A DNA stretch of 64,000 nucleotides from positions 18,786,001 to 18,850,000 of the forward strand of contig NC_043001.1 in assembly GCF_006345805.1 (NCBI RefSeq). The letters are read 5' to 3'. This document shows, piece after piece, positions 1 to 11,930 of this stretch (within the stretch, counting starts at the first letter, position 1; each line of letters begins with the position of its first letter). Origin of the DNA: Octopus sinensis. Taxonomy: Eukaryota. The notes below the pieces were generated by a model that searched no databases, was not told where the DNA came from, and worked only from the letters and a program-made list of their open reading frames with translations. A program made the translations under genes and the position numbers.

Positions 1-467
1 ACCAACATGTGTGCCTATTTCCTCTCCCATATAACGTACACCACAGAACTGAATCATATGAAATCAGTATCTTTCAGTCAGTTTAGATCATTTACAGAAA
101 CAAATGCGACGAGACCAAGCCAATTAATTAATTTAATGTTGACCTAGAATCAGGAATGCAATTATTTGTATTTGAATTTATGTTGTGTAAACTGAAGTGT
201 AAAACGCTTAAACAGAAAATTAAATGGTAGGTGGGAGATCTGTAAAGACTAGAATATATTAAGCAGTCTGTAGAGAATTGTTGTCGTTTGATCAATTATT
301 TGAATTGTGCTTATCGCCTAAAATAAATATTTAATAAGGGATTTTAAAAGGTTTATTAGAAAGTATGGCTAATATGAATTTTTAAACAGGTTTTGAAATT
401 ATCTTTAGGAGGTGAGAAATGACACATTTTAAATATTCTGTAAATAAATCAGAATATATTGATTTGT

Positions 468-643
468 AGGAGGTGAGGCGATTACATCGACTCGAGTGAT
501 CAACTGGTATATATTTTATCGACCGCAGAAGGATAAAAGGCAAAGTCGATCTCAGCGGAATTTGATCTCAGAGCGTAAAGACGGACGAAATGCAGCTAAG
601 CGTTTCGCCCAGCGTGCTTACGATTCTGTCAGCTCGACGTCTT
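468..643 (-). mobile_element. SINE-B (tRNA-derived) copy, degenerate
   Basis: Reverse complement matches the head (gagctgacagaatcg..agcacgctgggcgaaa) and body (gactttgccttttatcc) of the copy at 48843. Confidence 0.8.
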
Positions 644-931
644 AAGAGAAGTTATAGAATATTAATTAGAAATTATGGTGCATAGTTCCAAGACAATCTT
701 ACACTTTAGAATAGAAGAAGAAGAAGAAATAACGGCTTCTGATTTAGGTACAAGGTTAGCAATTTTAAGGGGAATGAGGTAGGTCGAAATCCTCGTTCTA
801 GTTCTTGAATAATATTTTATTTTATCGACTACGAAAGGTTGAACGGCAAAGTTGACCCCGGTGGGAAATTGAATAAGAAATAATTCTTGCTATGTTATTT
901 TTTTATTTTTCTAATTTAAATATCGTTTATA

Positions 932-1230
932 TTTTACTTGTTTCGTATTTGGACTGGCCATGTTGGGGCACTACCGCTATTTATGTTTTAAGTTTGTGAC
1001 TTATTCTATCGATCTCTTTCTCCGAACCGCTAACAGGCCGAGACATAAACTAACCAACACCGATTGCGTAGTGGTGGTGGTGTGGATAAAAACAGACATA
1101 AAAAAACACAGGCATAGGTCGACTGGGTGGGCGGGGGCTATCGTAGAAGATACTTTCCCCAAGGTGCTGTACAATGTCACTGAACCCGAAACTACGTGGC
1201 GGCAAAGCGATCCTCCTAACCATGCAGCCA
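932..1230 (-). mobile_element. SINE-A (tRNA/CORE-type) degenerate copy
   Basis: Similar in reverse to the SINE-A copies at 7145, 23272 and 43049. Confidence 0.75.
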
Positions 1231-1274
1231 TGTCTGAAGAAGAAATAACGACAGGAGAGATAGAGCTGAAAATG

Positions 1275-1486
1275 GCTTCTGATTTAGGCACAAAGCAAGT
1301 TTTCAAAATTTGGCACAAGGCCAGCATTTTGGGGCTGAAGGTAAGTCGATTACATCGATCTCAGTGTTCAACTGGTACTTATTCTATCGGCCCCGAAAGG
1401 ATGAAAGACAAAGTCGACCCCGGCGGCATTTGAACTCAGAATGTAAAGACGGAATAAGTATTTTACCCGGCGTGCTTACGATTCTT
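1275..1486 (-). mobile_element. SINE-B, short-tail variant
   Basis: Shares the gtcgaccccggcggcatttgaactcaga body; 3' tail is ggccttgtgccaaattttgaaa type. Confidence 0.75.
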
Positions 1487-1489
1487 TTT

Positions 1490-1902
1490 TTTTTATTGCC
1501 TACAAGGGGCTAAACATGGAGGAGAGAAACAAGGACAGACAAACGGATTAAGTCGATTATATCGACCCCAGTGCGTAACTGGTACTTATTTAATCGACCC
1601 CGAAAGAATGAAAGGCAAAGTCAACCTAGGCGGAATTTGAACTTAGAACGTAGCGACAGACGAAATACCTATTTCTTTACTACCCACAAGGGGCTAAACA
1701 CAGAGAGGACAAACAAGGTCAGACAAACGGATTAAGTCGATTATATCGACCCCAGTGCGTAACTGGTACTTAATTTACCTACCCCGAAAGGATGAAAGAC
1801 AAAGTCGACCTCAGCGGAATTTGAACTCAGAACGTAGCGGCAGACGGAATACGGCTACGCATTTCGCCCGGCGTGCTAACGTTTCTGTCAGCTCGCCGCC
1901 TT
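1490..1902 (-). mobile_element. SINE-B dimer: one head plus two ~184 bp bodies
   Basis: caaggggctaaac at 1503 and 1687, gtcgattatatcgac at 1552 and 1736; a single head ends at 1902. Confidence 0.9.
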
Positions 1903-2486
1903 AACATAATGTTTAATATTAATTACCAATACAGCTAAGGCAGTCAGTGGGAAAAATCGTTAGCATGTCGGACAATGTACTTTTCTTGTGTTCTGAGGTC
2001 AATATTTCATCCTTTCATCTTTTCGTGGCCGATAAAATAAGTCGAACACTGGAGTTAATATAATCGAGTAACCCCCGCCTAACTAAAACTGCTGGCCTTG
2101 AGCCAACATTTGAAACCCCTAATTACTAGTCACTAGGTAACACATTTTGAGGGATGGTAGAATCAGTCCTGGAGAATCGACTCCAATACTTGACTAATGT
2201 TTTATTTTATCGACCTCCAGAAATATTAAAGGCCAAGTTCAACTTGGCGGGATTTAAGCTCTGAATATAAAGGGACGTCAATGCCACTAGAAATTTTGAT
2301 CGTTGCTCTACAGGTTCTTCCATCTATTACACTTATACAAATGTTTAATACCACTACTTTTATCTATAGTGTTAACCCATTGTCTTTTCAGATTTTTAAT
2401 TAACCTTTGTTTTACACGTTCTGAGTAATATAAAATTATCTTTCATAAATCACAAGTTAGCCTGGTGTTTGAATAAATTGGGAATG

Positions 2487-2597
2487 TACAAGGGGTGTAT
2501 GAAAAGTTTTGAGCCTTAAAATACAGAAATCATGGTACAAGACTTCTGATGAAGGTACAAGACTTCAAGGCTCAGAACTTTTCATACACTCCTCGTA
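2487..2597. mobile_element. Mariner-type mini-MITE (~110 bp)
   Basis: TIRs ta-caaggggtgtatgaaaagttttgagcctt / aaggctcagaacttttcatacactcctcg-ta with TA flanks. Confidence 0.8.
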
Positions 2598-3629
2598 TAT
2601 AATTTATGATGCGTGGGTGCCAAGTAAATTTGTCCTGTGCATCACATGTGATACGCAGGACATGCAAAGGGTATGGGGTTTCAATTTCGTTGATTTCCGC
2701 ATGTAGGATTTTATTTTATCTTCGCCGACTTTAAATTCCTTATGAGATGTGATATTAACATTTATCTCTTCAGAACTTATAAAATAAACCCGAAATGAAT
2801 ACTGGATCAATAGATGCTCTCCATAAAAATTATTATTGCGCCTACACACAAATAATCAATATTGTTATTACTTTCATACATTGTTCATGCATATCAGTTG
2901 TAACATTGCCATACTCTATATAAATGATGAGAAGTATGAATATTTTATTCTTTCTGTTGTGTCAGAATTGGTTAAAGAATAAACTTCAGGCAAAATCGAA
3001 TAGATCTGACAATGCTCGTTTTGCCATATACAACCGAAAATCTCGTAAATATGTTTGCAATTATTTCCACCGAAGAATACATTAGCCTGTGAAATACATA
3101 CATGCATGCACACTCATACACATCCACACACGTATGTATGTGTTTGTGCATGTTTGTAAGTGTGTGTGCTTTCGTAAAGAAAAAATTAGATGAGAGACGT
3201 AAGATTTATAGATGATAATATTGATAAGCTTCGAGTTCGATAATCAGGAACCTACTGAAATATAATATCTTGGATACTGAAATAAGATATCTTGGACATT
3301 ATGAAGAAGAAAATATGGACATCACTAACAAGATTAATATGGTTAGAACTATTAACCTTACGTTCAGAGATTGAATATCTGATTAACAATATTTGTTTGT
3401 ACATTGTATCGTTATCGACTTGATCTACGATAGCCATCACATGTCTTACCCCTGGATGTGTACCTATCTCCAGAACAGATAAGAACCCAGAATCTTAATT
3501 TTTAAAACTGGGGTAATAATATTCAGATCCTGTAGGTGGTTGTCCCCAATGCATAATCTCATTGACAACATTAACACAAGCTAGTCGTTTAGATCGAATT
3601 GTTAATAGTCGCACATAATAAATATGATG

Positions 3630-3821
3630 TGTTAAAGAGAAGATATGTTTGCATATATTTGCTTCTAACATAATGATTGAGACTTAATGACTAGATTAAT
3701 GAAGCAGCACACGATTGTTCTAAATTGAACAATAACTGTAATCAAGCAATTCGGTTTTATATACGCTGCTTGTCTGGCAGTGACCTCTTAGTTTCTTGGT
3801 TAATCATTTGAAACATTATCA

Positions 3822-3869
<48 letters not shown>

Positions 3870-4534
3870 CAGGGTAGGAGAGATATATTCGATCATATTG
3901 AGTAATTCAATTAATCTAGTTAAAACCAGATGTACTTTAATAAAAATTTTTGCATATGCTGTCGATAAGCTTTCATCTAAGACTATGATAGGAATCCGCC
4001 TTCGGTTTCGACGACTGCTTCAGTGGAGGCGCAATGGCCCAGTGGTTAGGGCAGCGGACTCGCGGTCGTAAGAACGCGGTTTCGATTCCCAGACTTTGCA
4101 TTGTGAGTGTTTATTGAGCAAAAGCACCTAAGCTCCACGAGGTTCCGGCGGAGTGGGGAAGGCTGAACCCCGCTGTACTCTTTCACCACAACTTTCTCTC
4201 ACTCTTTCTTCCTACTTCTGACACAAGCAGAGGAACCATGGTGTAACCCACTATGGTGTGGTAAAACTTTCAGACCCTAATCTAGATTGCGAATCCTCTG
4301 TACCCCAGGATGGTTCAGCTATCCACCCGTTAAAAGCCACCGTTTACGGAATGAGGATAACAACGTAGCTTTTGCGCCCGTGCAGCCACCAGTCTATCGT
4401 GTGTGCTGGGTGAATCTTCAAGTTGCCTCACGCATTCCTAGTAGCTTAGAGTAGGCTCGAATTAGAGATTGTTCTTTGTGGCTAATGGCGTTAGTCCTGA
4501 TTGGAAAAAGAAGAAGAAGAAGAAGACTGCTTCA
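3630..4534 (+). repeat. Copy 1 of an ~0.9 kb dispersed direct repeat (TA-containing flank plus SINE-C)
   Basis: Colinear with high identity to 62540-63442. Confidence 0.95.
4023..4524 (+). mobile_element. SINE-C (tRNA-Arg-like head) with long tail ending in (GAA)n; TSD gactgcttca
   Basis: A/B-box head tggcccagtggttagg...ggtttcgattccc; TSD at 4013-4022 and 4525-4534. Confidence 0.9.
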
Positions 4535-4539
4535 AGCGT

Positions 4540-5480
4540 GACTGAAATCGTTGATATGCCTGCACTAAATGGTCCTTATTGATTCCAGCGATTTCTCTTC
4601 CTTTCAACGATACTCCAATCATACCTTGCATGTGACTTAAATCTAGCGAATTTCGAGGCCCCACGTTTAATGCTACATAATCATTAAAAAACTGTCTGAC
4701 ATCCATTCTTGGGTTACGCGGGCTTTGTGAGAAGTTGGTGAGTTTTATTGACATTGCCTTTCTCTGCGTACATCTCAAAGCTTCTAGCAGCCTTAATTCT
4801 AAGATTCTGTTGAAAGATGTGTGGTGGTATGACATGATCTCCGTTACTCACCACTCCTAAAACCATTACAATTGCCAGAAATTTGGTGTGTATCGTTCTG
4901 GAAACATCAGAACGATCTGCACATAACCATTTGTCATTTCTCCTGTCAGACCTTTGATTTCATCAGAGAAGAACCATAGCATATCATGTTCGTGAGGATT
5001 TGTAACCTTTTCAAGGAATGGTTTTGCAGAGATGGATCGGCCTCTCCTCAGTACATCTGACTTGTCATTCCGAAAAGCTCTATCTGCGACGATTTCATCT
5101 CAATCGAAGGAGAGGGGCTTTCTCCGTCCGGGTTGCGGATCTGTGGAATAAGCTGCCGGACGAGATGGTGAAAATGCCGACGACCGCTCGGTTCAAAGTC
5201 TCCCTTGACCACAAGTGGCCTGAACTCTTTACATGAACACCACCCTGTACATAACTCCATGTCCCCCATACATGGCCTTGCTTTTTTGCTTTTTGAGCCA
5301 AAAAATTAACTAACTAACTAACTAATGTTCTCAGGCACCCGTTCTGATAGAAAACTCGATTTGAAGTTCTTCGGTGATGGCCCCACGGTGATTTTCAGTG
5401 TCATCATTATATATAATATTTTAAATGAATTGCATTGGATGAATCGTGATGTCTTTATAGTCTCCGAATACGTAAAATAT
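4540..5480 (-). pseudogene. Decayed Tc1/mariner-superfamily transposase (DD37D/maT-like), interrupted by a LINE fragment
   Basis: Remnants FLSERVPEN|ISAKPFLEKVTNPHEHDMLWFFSDE, HTKFLAIVMVLGVVSNG..PPHIFQQNLRI and NVGPRNSLDL; family assignment from recalled motifs. Confidence 0.75.
5035..5324 (+). mobile_element. 5'-truncated CR1/L2-type LINE 3' end with (TAAC)n tail
   Basis: RRGAFSVRVADLWNKLPDEMVK..RFKVSLD is typical of a CR1-group ORF2 C-terminus; taactaactaac tail. Confidence 0.85.
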
Positions 5481-5504
5481 TTATTATCTCTGTCAAACAA
5501 TCGG

Positions 5505-5660
5505 AATGTGTTGTGTAGACACCCCCAGACGATGAAGTAGACTAGCCCAATACGTAGATATAGAGAGAGTAGCAGTCGTAGACTAGAACCAAGCAGAGGA
5601 GTAGTAGGAGCAGAGCAGAGCAGAGCAGAGTTGATTTGCGTAGAAGGCATCCGAACGTGC
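5505..5660 (-). mobile_element. RTE-type LINE fragment
   Basis: gtagaaggcatccgaacgtg is the reverse complement of cacgttcggatgccttctac near 51470. Confidence 0.6.
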
Positions 5661-6242
5661 GACATAACAAAATGTTTCCGTCAAAGGCTTCCAATTCAAT
5701 CCTAAATTTGTGTATAAAGCATTTTGCAACATTTAGAAAACAGGCAATTTCTAAATCGCCATGTTCTCCATATATCGTATGCATTTTTCATTCCCTGTGT
5801 TAGCATTTCATTTGCCACGATATTAAAGAAAAAAAACACTCTTTTAATTAGTATGAAGAAAGTAATATCCTGATAATTAAGTGTTCTGAAATGCTCCTCA
5901 CAACCTGTACATAATTCACTTATGAAAATAAACACATAACGTCTGCTTTTCATATTGCAGTGTTGTATACAGCTATTACGATCATGTTGCTAATTACCTT
6001 GTGTAAAATGATACGTTTCTGTGTGATTGTGATAAATCACCAATGGAATTTATACGCAGTTAATTAATTCTGTTAGATATAGCAGTCAAATATCCTTCAA
6101 GCTAAAATCAACCGTGTTAAAAAACGGAATATATTAGATAATATAGTCAAGAGTAAATAATCTTTAAAAAATAATCGGATGATCCCAACTTGAATATATT
6201 TTGATTAGGACCATTATTGTTTGCTGTTTATGACCGAATACC

Positions 6243-6843
6243 CATTTCTTTACTACCCACAAGGGGCTAAACACAGGGGACAAACAGGGATAGACAAAGG
6301 GATTAAGTCGATTATATCGACCTCAGTGCGTAACTGGTACTTATTTAATCGACCCCGAAAAGATGAAAGAGCAAGTCGACCTCGGCAGAATTTGAACTCA
6401 GAACGTAGCGGCAGAGGAAATACCTATTTCTTTACTACCCACAAGGGGCTAAACACAGAGAGGACAAACAAGGACAGACAAAGGGATTAAGTCGATTATA
6501 TAGACCCCAGTGCGTAACTGGTACTTATTTAATAGACCCCGAAAGGATGAAAGGCAAAGTCGACCTCAGCGGAATTTGAACTCAGAACATAGCGGCAGAC
6601 GAAATACCTATTTCTATTTCTTTATTACCCACAAGGGGCTAAACACAGAGGGGACAAACAAGGACAGACATAGGTATTAAGTCGATTACATCGACCCCAG
6701 TGCGTAACTGGCACTTATTTAATCGATCCCGAAAGGATGAAAGGCAAAGTCGACCTCGGCGGAATTTGAACTCAGAACGCAGCGGCAGACGAAATACTGC
6801 TAAGCATTTCGCCCGGCGTGCTAACGATTCTGCCAGCTCGTCC
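6243..6843 (-). mobile_element. SINE-B trimer (head plus 3 bodies) with a 14 bp TSD
   Basis: Body starts at ~6260, 6442 and 6632; tatgaccgaatacc at 6229-6242 and 6844-6857. Confidence 0.95.
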
Positions 6844-7144
6844 TATGACCGAATACCATTCAGACATGATCATTCGGCCTTTGTCTCAGTCTGCTTCATC
6901 TAATATGTCCACTTTTTAAGACAGTATGTGATTTAAACTAGATCTGAATGCTATTCCTTGTCGAGTGATTTCTCTTGGATCTGTACGTGGACTTTTCTTT
7001 TCTGAGCATATGCAGTTACAGTTGTTACTATTTTGATACCAACTCGTCTGAGACCGCATTTCGTTCTATAATGCAAATTCCCTGCTTAAAAGTGATCTAA
7101 ATAAAAACATGTTATCAAAATATGTTTAATTTAAGTTCTGAAAA

Positions 7145-7530
7145 TGAGTGGCTGTGTGGTAAGTAGTTTGCTTACCAACCACATGGTTCCGGGTTCAGTC
7201 CCACTGCGTGGCACCTTGGGCAAGTGTCTTCTACTATAGCCTCGGGCCGACCAAAGCCTTGTGAGTGGATTTGGTAGACGGAAACTGAAAGAAGCCCGTT
7301 GTATATATGTATGAGTGTATATGTTTGTGTGTCTATGTTTGTCCCCCCAACATCGCTTGACGACCGATGCTGGTGTGTTTACGTCCCCGTAACTTAGTGG
7401 TTCGGCAAAAGAGCCCGATAGAATAAGTACTAGGTTTACAAAGAATAAGTCCTGGGCTCGATTTGCTCGACTAAAGGCTGTGCTCCAGCATGGCCACAGT
7501 CAAATGACTGTAAGAAGTGAAAGAGTTATT
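7145..7530 (+). mobile_element. SINE-A, near full length
   Basis: gagtggctgtgtggtaag head, ccttgggcaagtgtc CORE-like motif, internal TA/TG tract, ccagcatggccacagtcaaatgactg 3' end. Confidence 0.9.
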
Positions 7531-8307
7531 GGTGCAGGGAAGAGAGTTGTGACAAGCACTAGCTTCACCTGAGCTATAATAGTTATTGGAATAACATAGA
7601 CAGAAACTGGAAGAAAACACTACAAAAATTTGTAAAAACAAAAGACGTCTGACATGTTTGTATATTTATAAAGTAGATGAATTGTTTTATAATGGATAGA
7701 ACTATTATTATAAAATAGGCACAAAGTCACATGGATATTACGCAATGTGGTCAATCACTCAGCTGGATAGAAATAGCAGCTAAATCTCTCTGAGTACATT
7801 CTACTGTCTTAAGAAGAAAAAAACAATTTGTGATAATGTGGCTCTAGATACTCATAAAAGAAGCAGAGGGTATGGATCTTTCTAAATCTTTCTTAGCGTC
7901 AGCATATTTAAAAGATTTTCTACAGTGATGTAGTTTTGTATGTTGATGTAGGCGATATTGTTTCCCATGGAAACAGTGAACTGCGACTTCTGGCCTAACA
8001 ACAACGAAGGCTTCCGGTTGATTAAATTACTATAACTTTCCCGGCTTTAACTTTCTAATTATTAATTTCTAGAGAAAATAAATGGATTTTAGTCATGAGC
8101 TTGCAAAACTTCATAAGTGTAAAAAATTTGTAGGGAGGGTTTTATAAAGATTTGAAGGTATAGTCGCGAGTGAAATTCTCCGATAAGAAGATTTACCATG
8201 AGGCTAACAAAAACAAAATAACAACAACTTAAAGGATATCAACAAGACGATATAGTGTTGCTATTTCTAATACCAATATACTTTGTTGTAAATAGAAAGG
8301 TCATATC

Positions 8308-8803
8308 GGCGAGCTGGCAGAATCGTTAGCACGCCGGGCGAAATGCGTAGCCGTATTTCGTCCGTCTGAGTTCAAATTCCGGCGAGGTCATCATTTCGGG
8401 GTCGATTAAAAAAGTATCAGTTACGCGCTGGGGTCGATGTAATCGACTTAATATCGTCTGCCGTTACGTTCTGAGTTCAAATTCCACGAGGTCGACTTTG
8501 CCTTTCATCCTTTCGGGTTCGATAAATTAAGTACTAGTTGCGCACTGGGGTCGATGTAATCAACATAATCCGTTTGTCTGTCCTTGTTTGTTTCCTCTGT
8601 GTGTAGCCCCTTGTGGGTAGTAAAGAAATAGATATTTCGTCTGTCTTTACGTTCTGAGTTCAAATTCCGCCGAGGTCGACTTTGCCTTTCATCCTTTCGG
8701 GGTCGATTAAATATGCACTGGGGTCGATGTAATTGACTTAATCCCTTTGTCTGTCCTTGTTTGTCCCCTCTGTGTTTAGCCCCTTGTTGGTAGTAAAGAA
8801 ATA
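8308..8803 (+). mobile_element. SINE-B trimer (first body internally deleted) with a 14 bp TSD
   Basis: agaaaggtcatatc at 8294-8307 and 8804-8817; three ctgagttcaaattcc B-boxes. Confidence 0.92.
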
Positions 8804-9574
8804 AGAAAGGTCATATCTAGAGCCGTATATGAAACCTCTTTCTGCTGCATCGCTTCGCAGCTCGAGCGAGCGACCACGCAGATGTTCTTTCTTAATGTGT
8901 TACATTTAAAACAAATAAACCACTGCATTCAGACGTATTTTGCTTGAAAGAAAAAGAAAAAAAAACCTACAAAGTTAGTAGAAATAAAGTTAATCTAGTA
9001 GCAAGACAGCATCAGCTCAATCACTGATATTATTTATATAAACTAAGATGCAACGTGTTCATTTAATTCTTGGAAATGGAGGTAGCGACAATTAGAAGAA
9101 GAAAATACCATGTTCGTAAAACTAAAAGCAATGGAACATTCTTAAAATGTTCTTCTGTTTTAAACAAAGAAACAATTAAGATTTTCCCAGTTGGATACCT
9201 GAGAGACAAAATAAAGTGTCGCAGCACGCTTTCAAGTTGCTTGGAAACAGAAGAGCGTGGATATATTCCAGCTTGATACAGAGATGTTTATGTGACTTAG
9301 AAGTTCTCTTCCAGGTCGTATGGTTCCAGGATAGACCTCCGTAGACAGTTGATCACATGGGCAAGTGTCTTCTAATTTAGCTTCAGGTCAATCAATACTT
9401 TTAGTAAACAGAAGACGCGTCACGTTCTCTCCAACTGTTATATTGTTTTTGCATAAAGATTAAAAAAAAAATTTTATAACCCTCTAATCGTAAAACTTCG
9501 TTCCGATGAATGAACCTCGAATAACAACAAGAGTAATACTCTTTTTTACTGTAAGTACAAAGCTTATAATTTGC

Positions 9575-9762
9575 GGAGTGTGGGTATGTCGATTACATCG
9601 ATCTCAGCGATGATTTGGTGTTTATTTGATCGACCCAGAAAGGATAAAAGCTGCAGAAAGGATAAAAGCTCGATGTAGTTTGAACACAATGTATAGAGCC
9701 GGAAGAAATGCAGCTTAGCATTTTGTTCGATTCCCTAATGATTCTGTCAGCTTGTCGTCTTG
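9575..9762 (-). mobile_element. SINE-B degenerate copy with an internal tandem duplication
   Basis: gtcgattacatcgatctc body; cagaaaggataaaagct occurs twice. Confidence 0.6.
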
Positions 9763-10547
9763 TATTGATAATAATATTTATGACAAAAACAATAATGCCA
9801 AAGAAATCAATTTAACATTCTGCTTTAAAAATGCGTCGAAACGATCTGGAAGAGAGGAAAATTAATTAAGAATATTAATACCACACTGGGAAAAGAAACT
9901 GAGATAAGAGAATTAGGCTAAACGAAGACATATAAATAGAAATAAAGGAATAAAACGGTATCTGGCATATACAAATGAAACAAAAGATTAAGAAGAAATG
10001 TAAGAGACGCATTAGTCTAATACTTAAAATAGAGCTAAATGAAAAATAAAAAAAAGAAAGCTAAAATAAAATAAAATAAGATAATCGGCATCAGTACTCT
10101 AGCTGTCCTTAGTAATACGAGTTATAATGTTCTGAATTGGTCGCTAAACAAAATAGCAACGAAAGAAGGATAATAATGAGTGACTTCAGAACACACCATC
10201 CAAACACTGACTTTAAGATATTATATTTACGACAAATACAATGTGGGAGGATGTTATGCAACTAAAATTCTATTACAAAATATCCACTGTAATACTATAA
10301 AAATTATCTAGTATGGAATCATGGAAACATCATTGCAAGTAGAAAAAAAAAGGTTTGAAGAAAAATACTGTTTCTGTTCTCAAGAATGTATTTTGTTCAA
10401 ACACACACCTGTGATTGCATGGGTATATGTGACTAAAATGTGTGTGTGTGTGTGTGTGTGTGTACGTGCGCTCCATTATATCGGATACTTATATTTCTCG
10501 CTTTACATTCTAAAATATTTACATGTTTATCCCCCTATCTCTCTCTT

Positions 10548-10632
<85 letters not shown>
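10548..10632. repeat. (CT)n(TA)n microsatellite
   Basis: Direct reading. Confidence 0.95.
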
Positions 10633-10637
<5 letters not shown>

Positions 10638-10990
10638 TGCAGCGTGGAAGGTGTTTATAAGCCATTTAAGAAACACACAAAAGCCGTTCGATTCACTTCA
10701 ACATTTAAGTTTAATTTGTCAAAATATTTTCGTTGCTAAAATCCGCGATATATATACATATATATGTACACAATTAATGAAAGAAACAGAGAAAAAAGAA
10801 AAGAAAAAACAACAACCGAGGACGTGGTTGATGCAAAATATTAATAAGACGCCGAGGGAAGAAAAGAAAGGGTGTTTTACGTTTCGAGCAAAACTCTTTT
10901 TCAGAAACAGGAGAGGGAGGAAAGTCCAAAAGAAAAGGAAGACGGAGGGAAAAAATCGCCAACAATCCACTTGTAGTTACATATATATAT

Positions 10991-11049
<59 letters not shown>

Positions 11050-11496
11050 CACATATATAATTTATGTTTAATTATTAATTATAATTGAAGGCACACGAAA
11101 AACCAGCGTTGCTAGAAAAATACTCAAGTAATCCTCCATTCCACCGAAAATACAACAGGCTGACGAAAATGGAGCTACGAGCAAAATTTAACTTACCATT
11201 ACAGCTGAAAGTATTTTTTACTCTTATTTCTAACAATCCTGGTTCTTCGTGTACTCTCAATTGTAATTAATAATTAATTATAAATTTATAAATTTGCCTT
11301 TTTGGCTTTAATGGTTGCTGGCCACTTATATTATTGTTGCTATTATTCATTAATAATAATAATAACTCACTCAATAACAACTCACTACTTGAATGGACCA
11401 TAAACAAAACTTGACTTAAAAAGGATTTAGATAATCCTATCAGCTGGACCAATCTTTGGTCGAAACATATCTAAGTTTTTAATCTAAGTTTTATAT

Positions 11497-11891
11497 ATAA
11501 GAGGTAATGGTGTCATTGAGACCCAAAGGTGTCAGGTAATGCTGAATAAGTGCTATAGACAGACCATAGTTAAGTTCCAGATTCGGTAATATTTCGAATT
11601 AAGGGTTCAACGTTGGTTCTATGTCAGCGTGTGTATATAAGAATGTTTTTGCGTAATAAGATAAAAAATCAAGGCTGTGTAGATATTAGAGCATTTATTT
11701 TCTTTCGTCCACCTCACTCTCTATTTTGTATCACATCTAAACTAACTATGACTTAATTTTCCTCTCACACCGTCTCCGATGAAGGGATATTATTAATTAA
11801 TATCCAAGAATCAGCTGTAAAACCTACCTATAAACGCTCTAATATCCACACAGCCTTGGTTTTTTTTTTATCTTATTACGAAAAAAATTCT

Positions 11892-11900
<9 letters not shown>
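11497..11900. mobile_element. Penelope-like terminal-repeat element with inverted arms and a degenerate hammerhead, abutting (TA)n
   Basis: Inverted arms ~11635-11692 / 11836-11897; ccgatga-stem-gaatcagctgta motif at 11772-11823; homologue at 57785-58050. The PLE label is inferred. Confidence 0.55.

Positions 11901-11930
<30 letters not shown>

Noticed and set aside
960-1433. 157 aa ORF
   Set aside because: Antisense read-through of SINE-A and SINE-B copies.
1490-1902. CRISPR-like or ribozyme-bearing array
   Set aside because: Units are ~184 bp SINE bodies with no spacers, and I found no CUGANGA/GAAA core in them.
2916-3113. Possible exon (ANVFFGGNNCKHIYEIFGCIW..) or its plus-strand alternative
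   Set aside because: No recognisable domain and no good donor on either strand.
3250-3380. IRYLGHYEEENMDI-like RT remnant
   Set aside because: Too short and degenerate to call.
10321-11088. 255 aa ORF
   Set aside because: Runs through (TG)n, (CT)n and (TA)n tracts; low-complexity artefact. The same applies to the many [12 protein letters not shown] ORFs.
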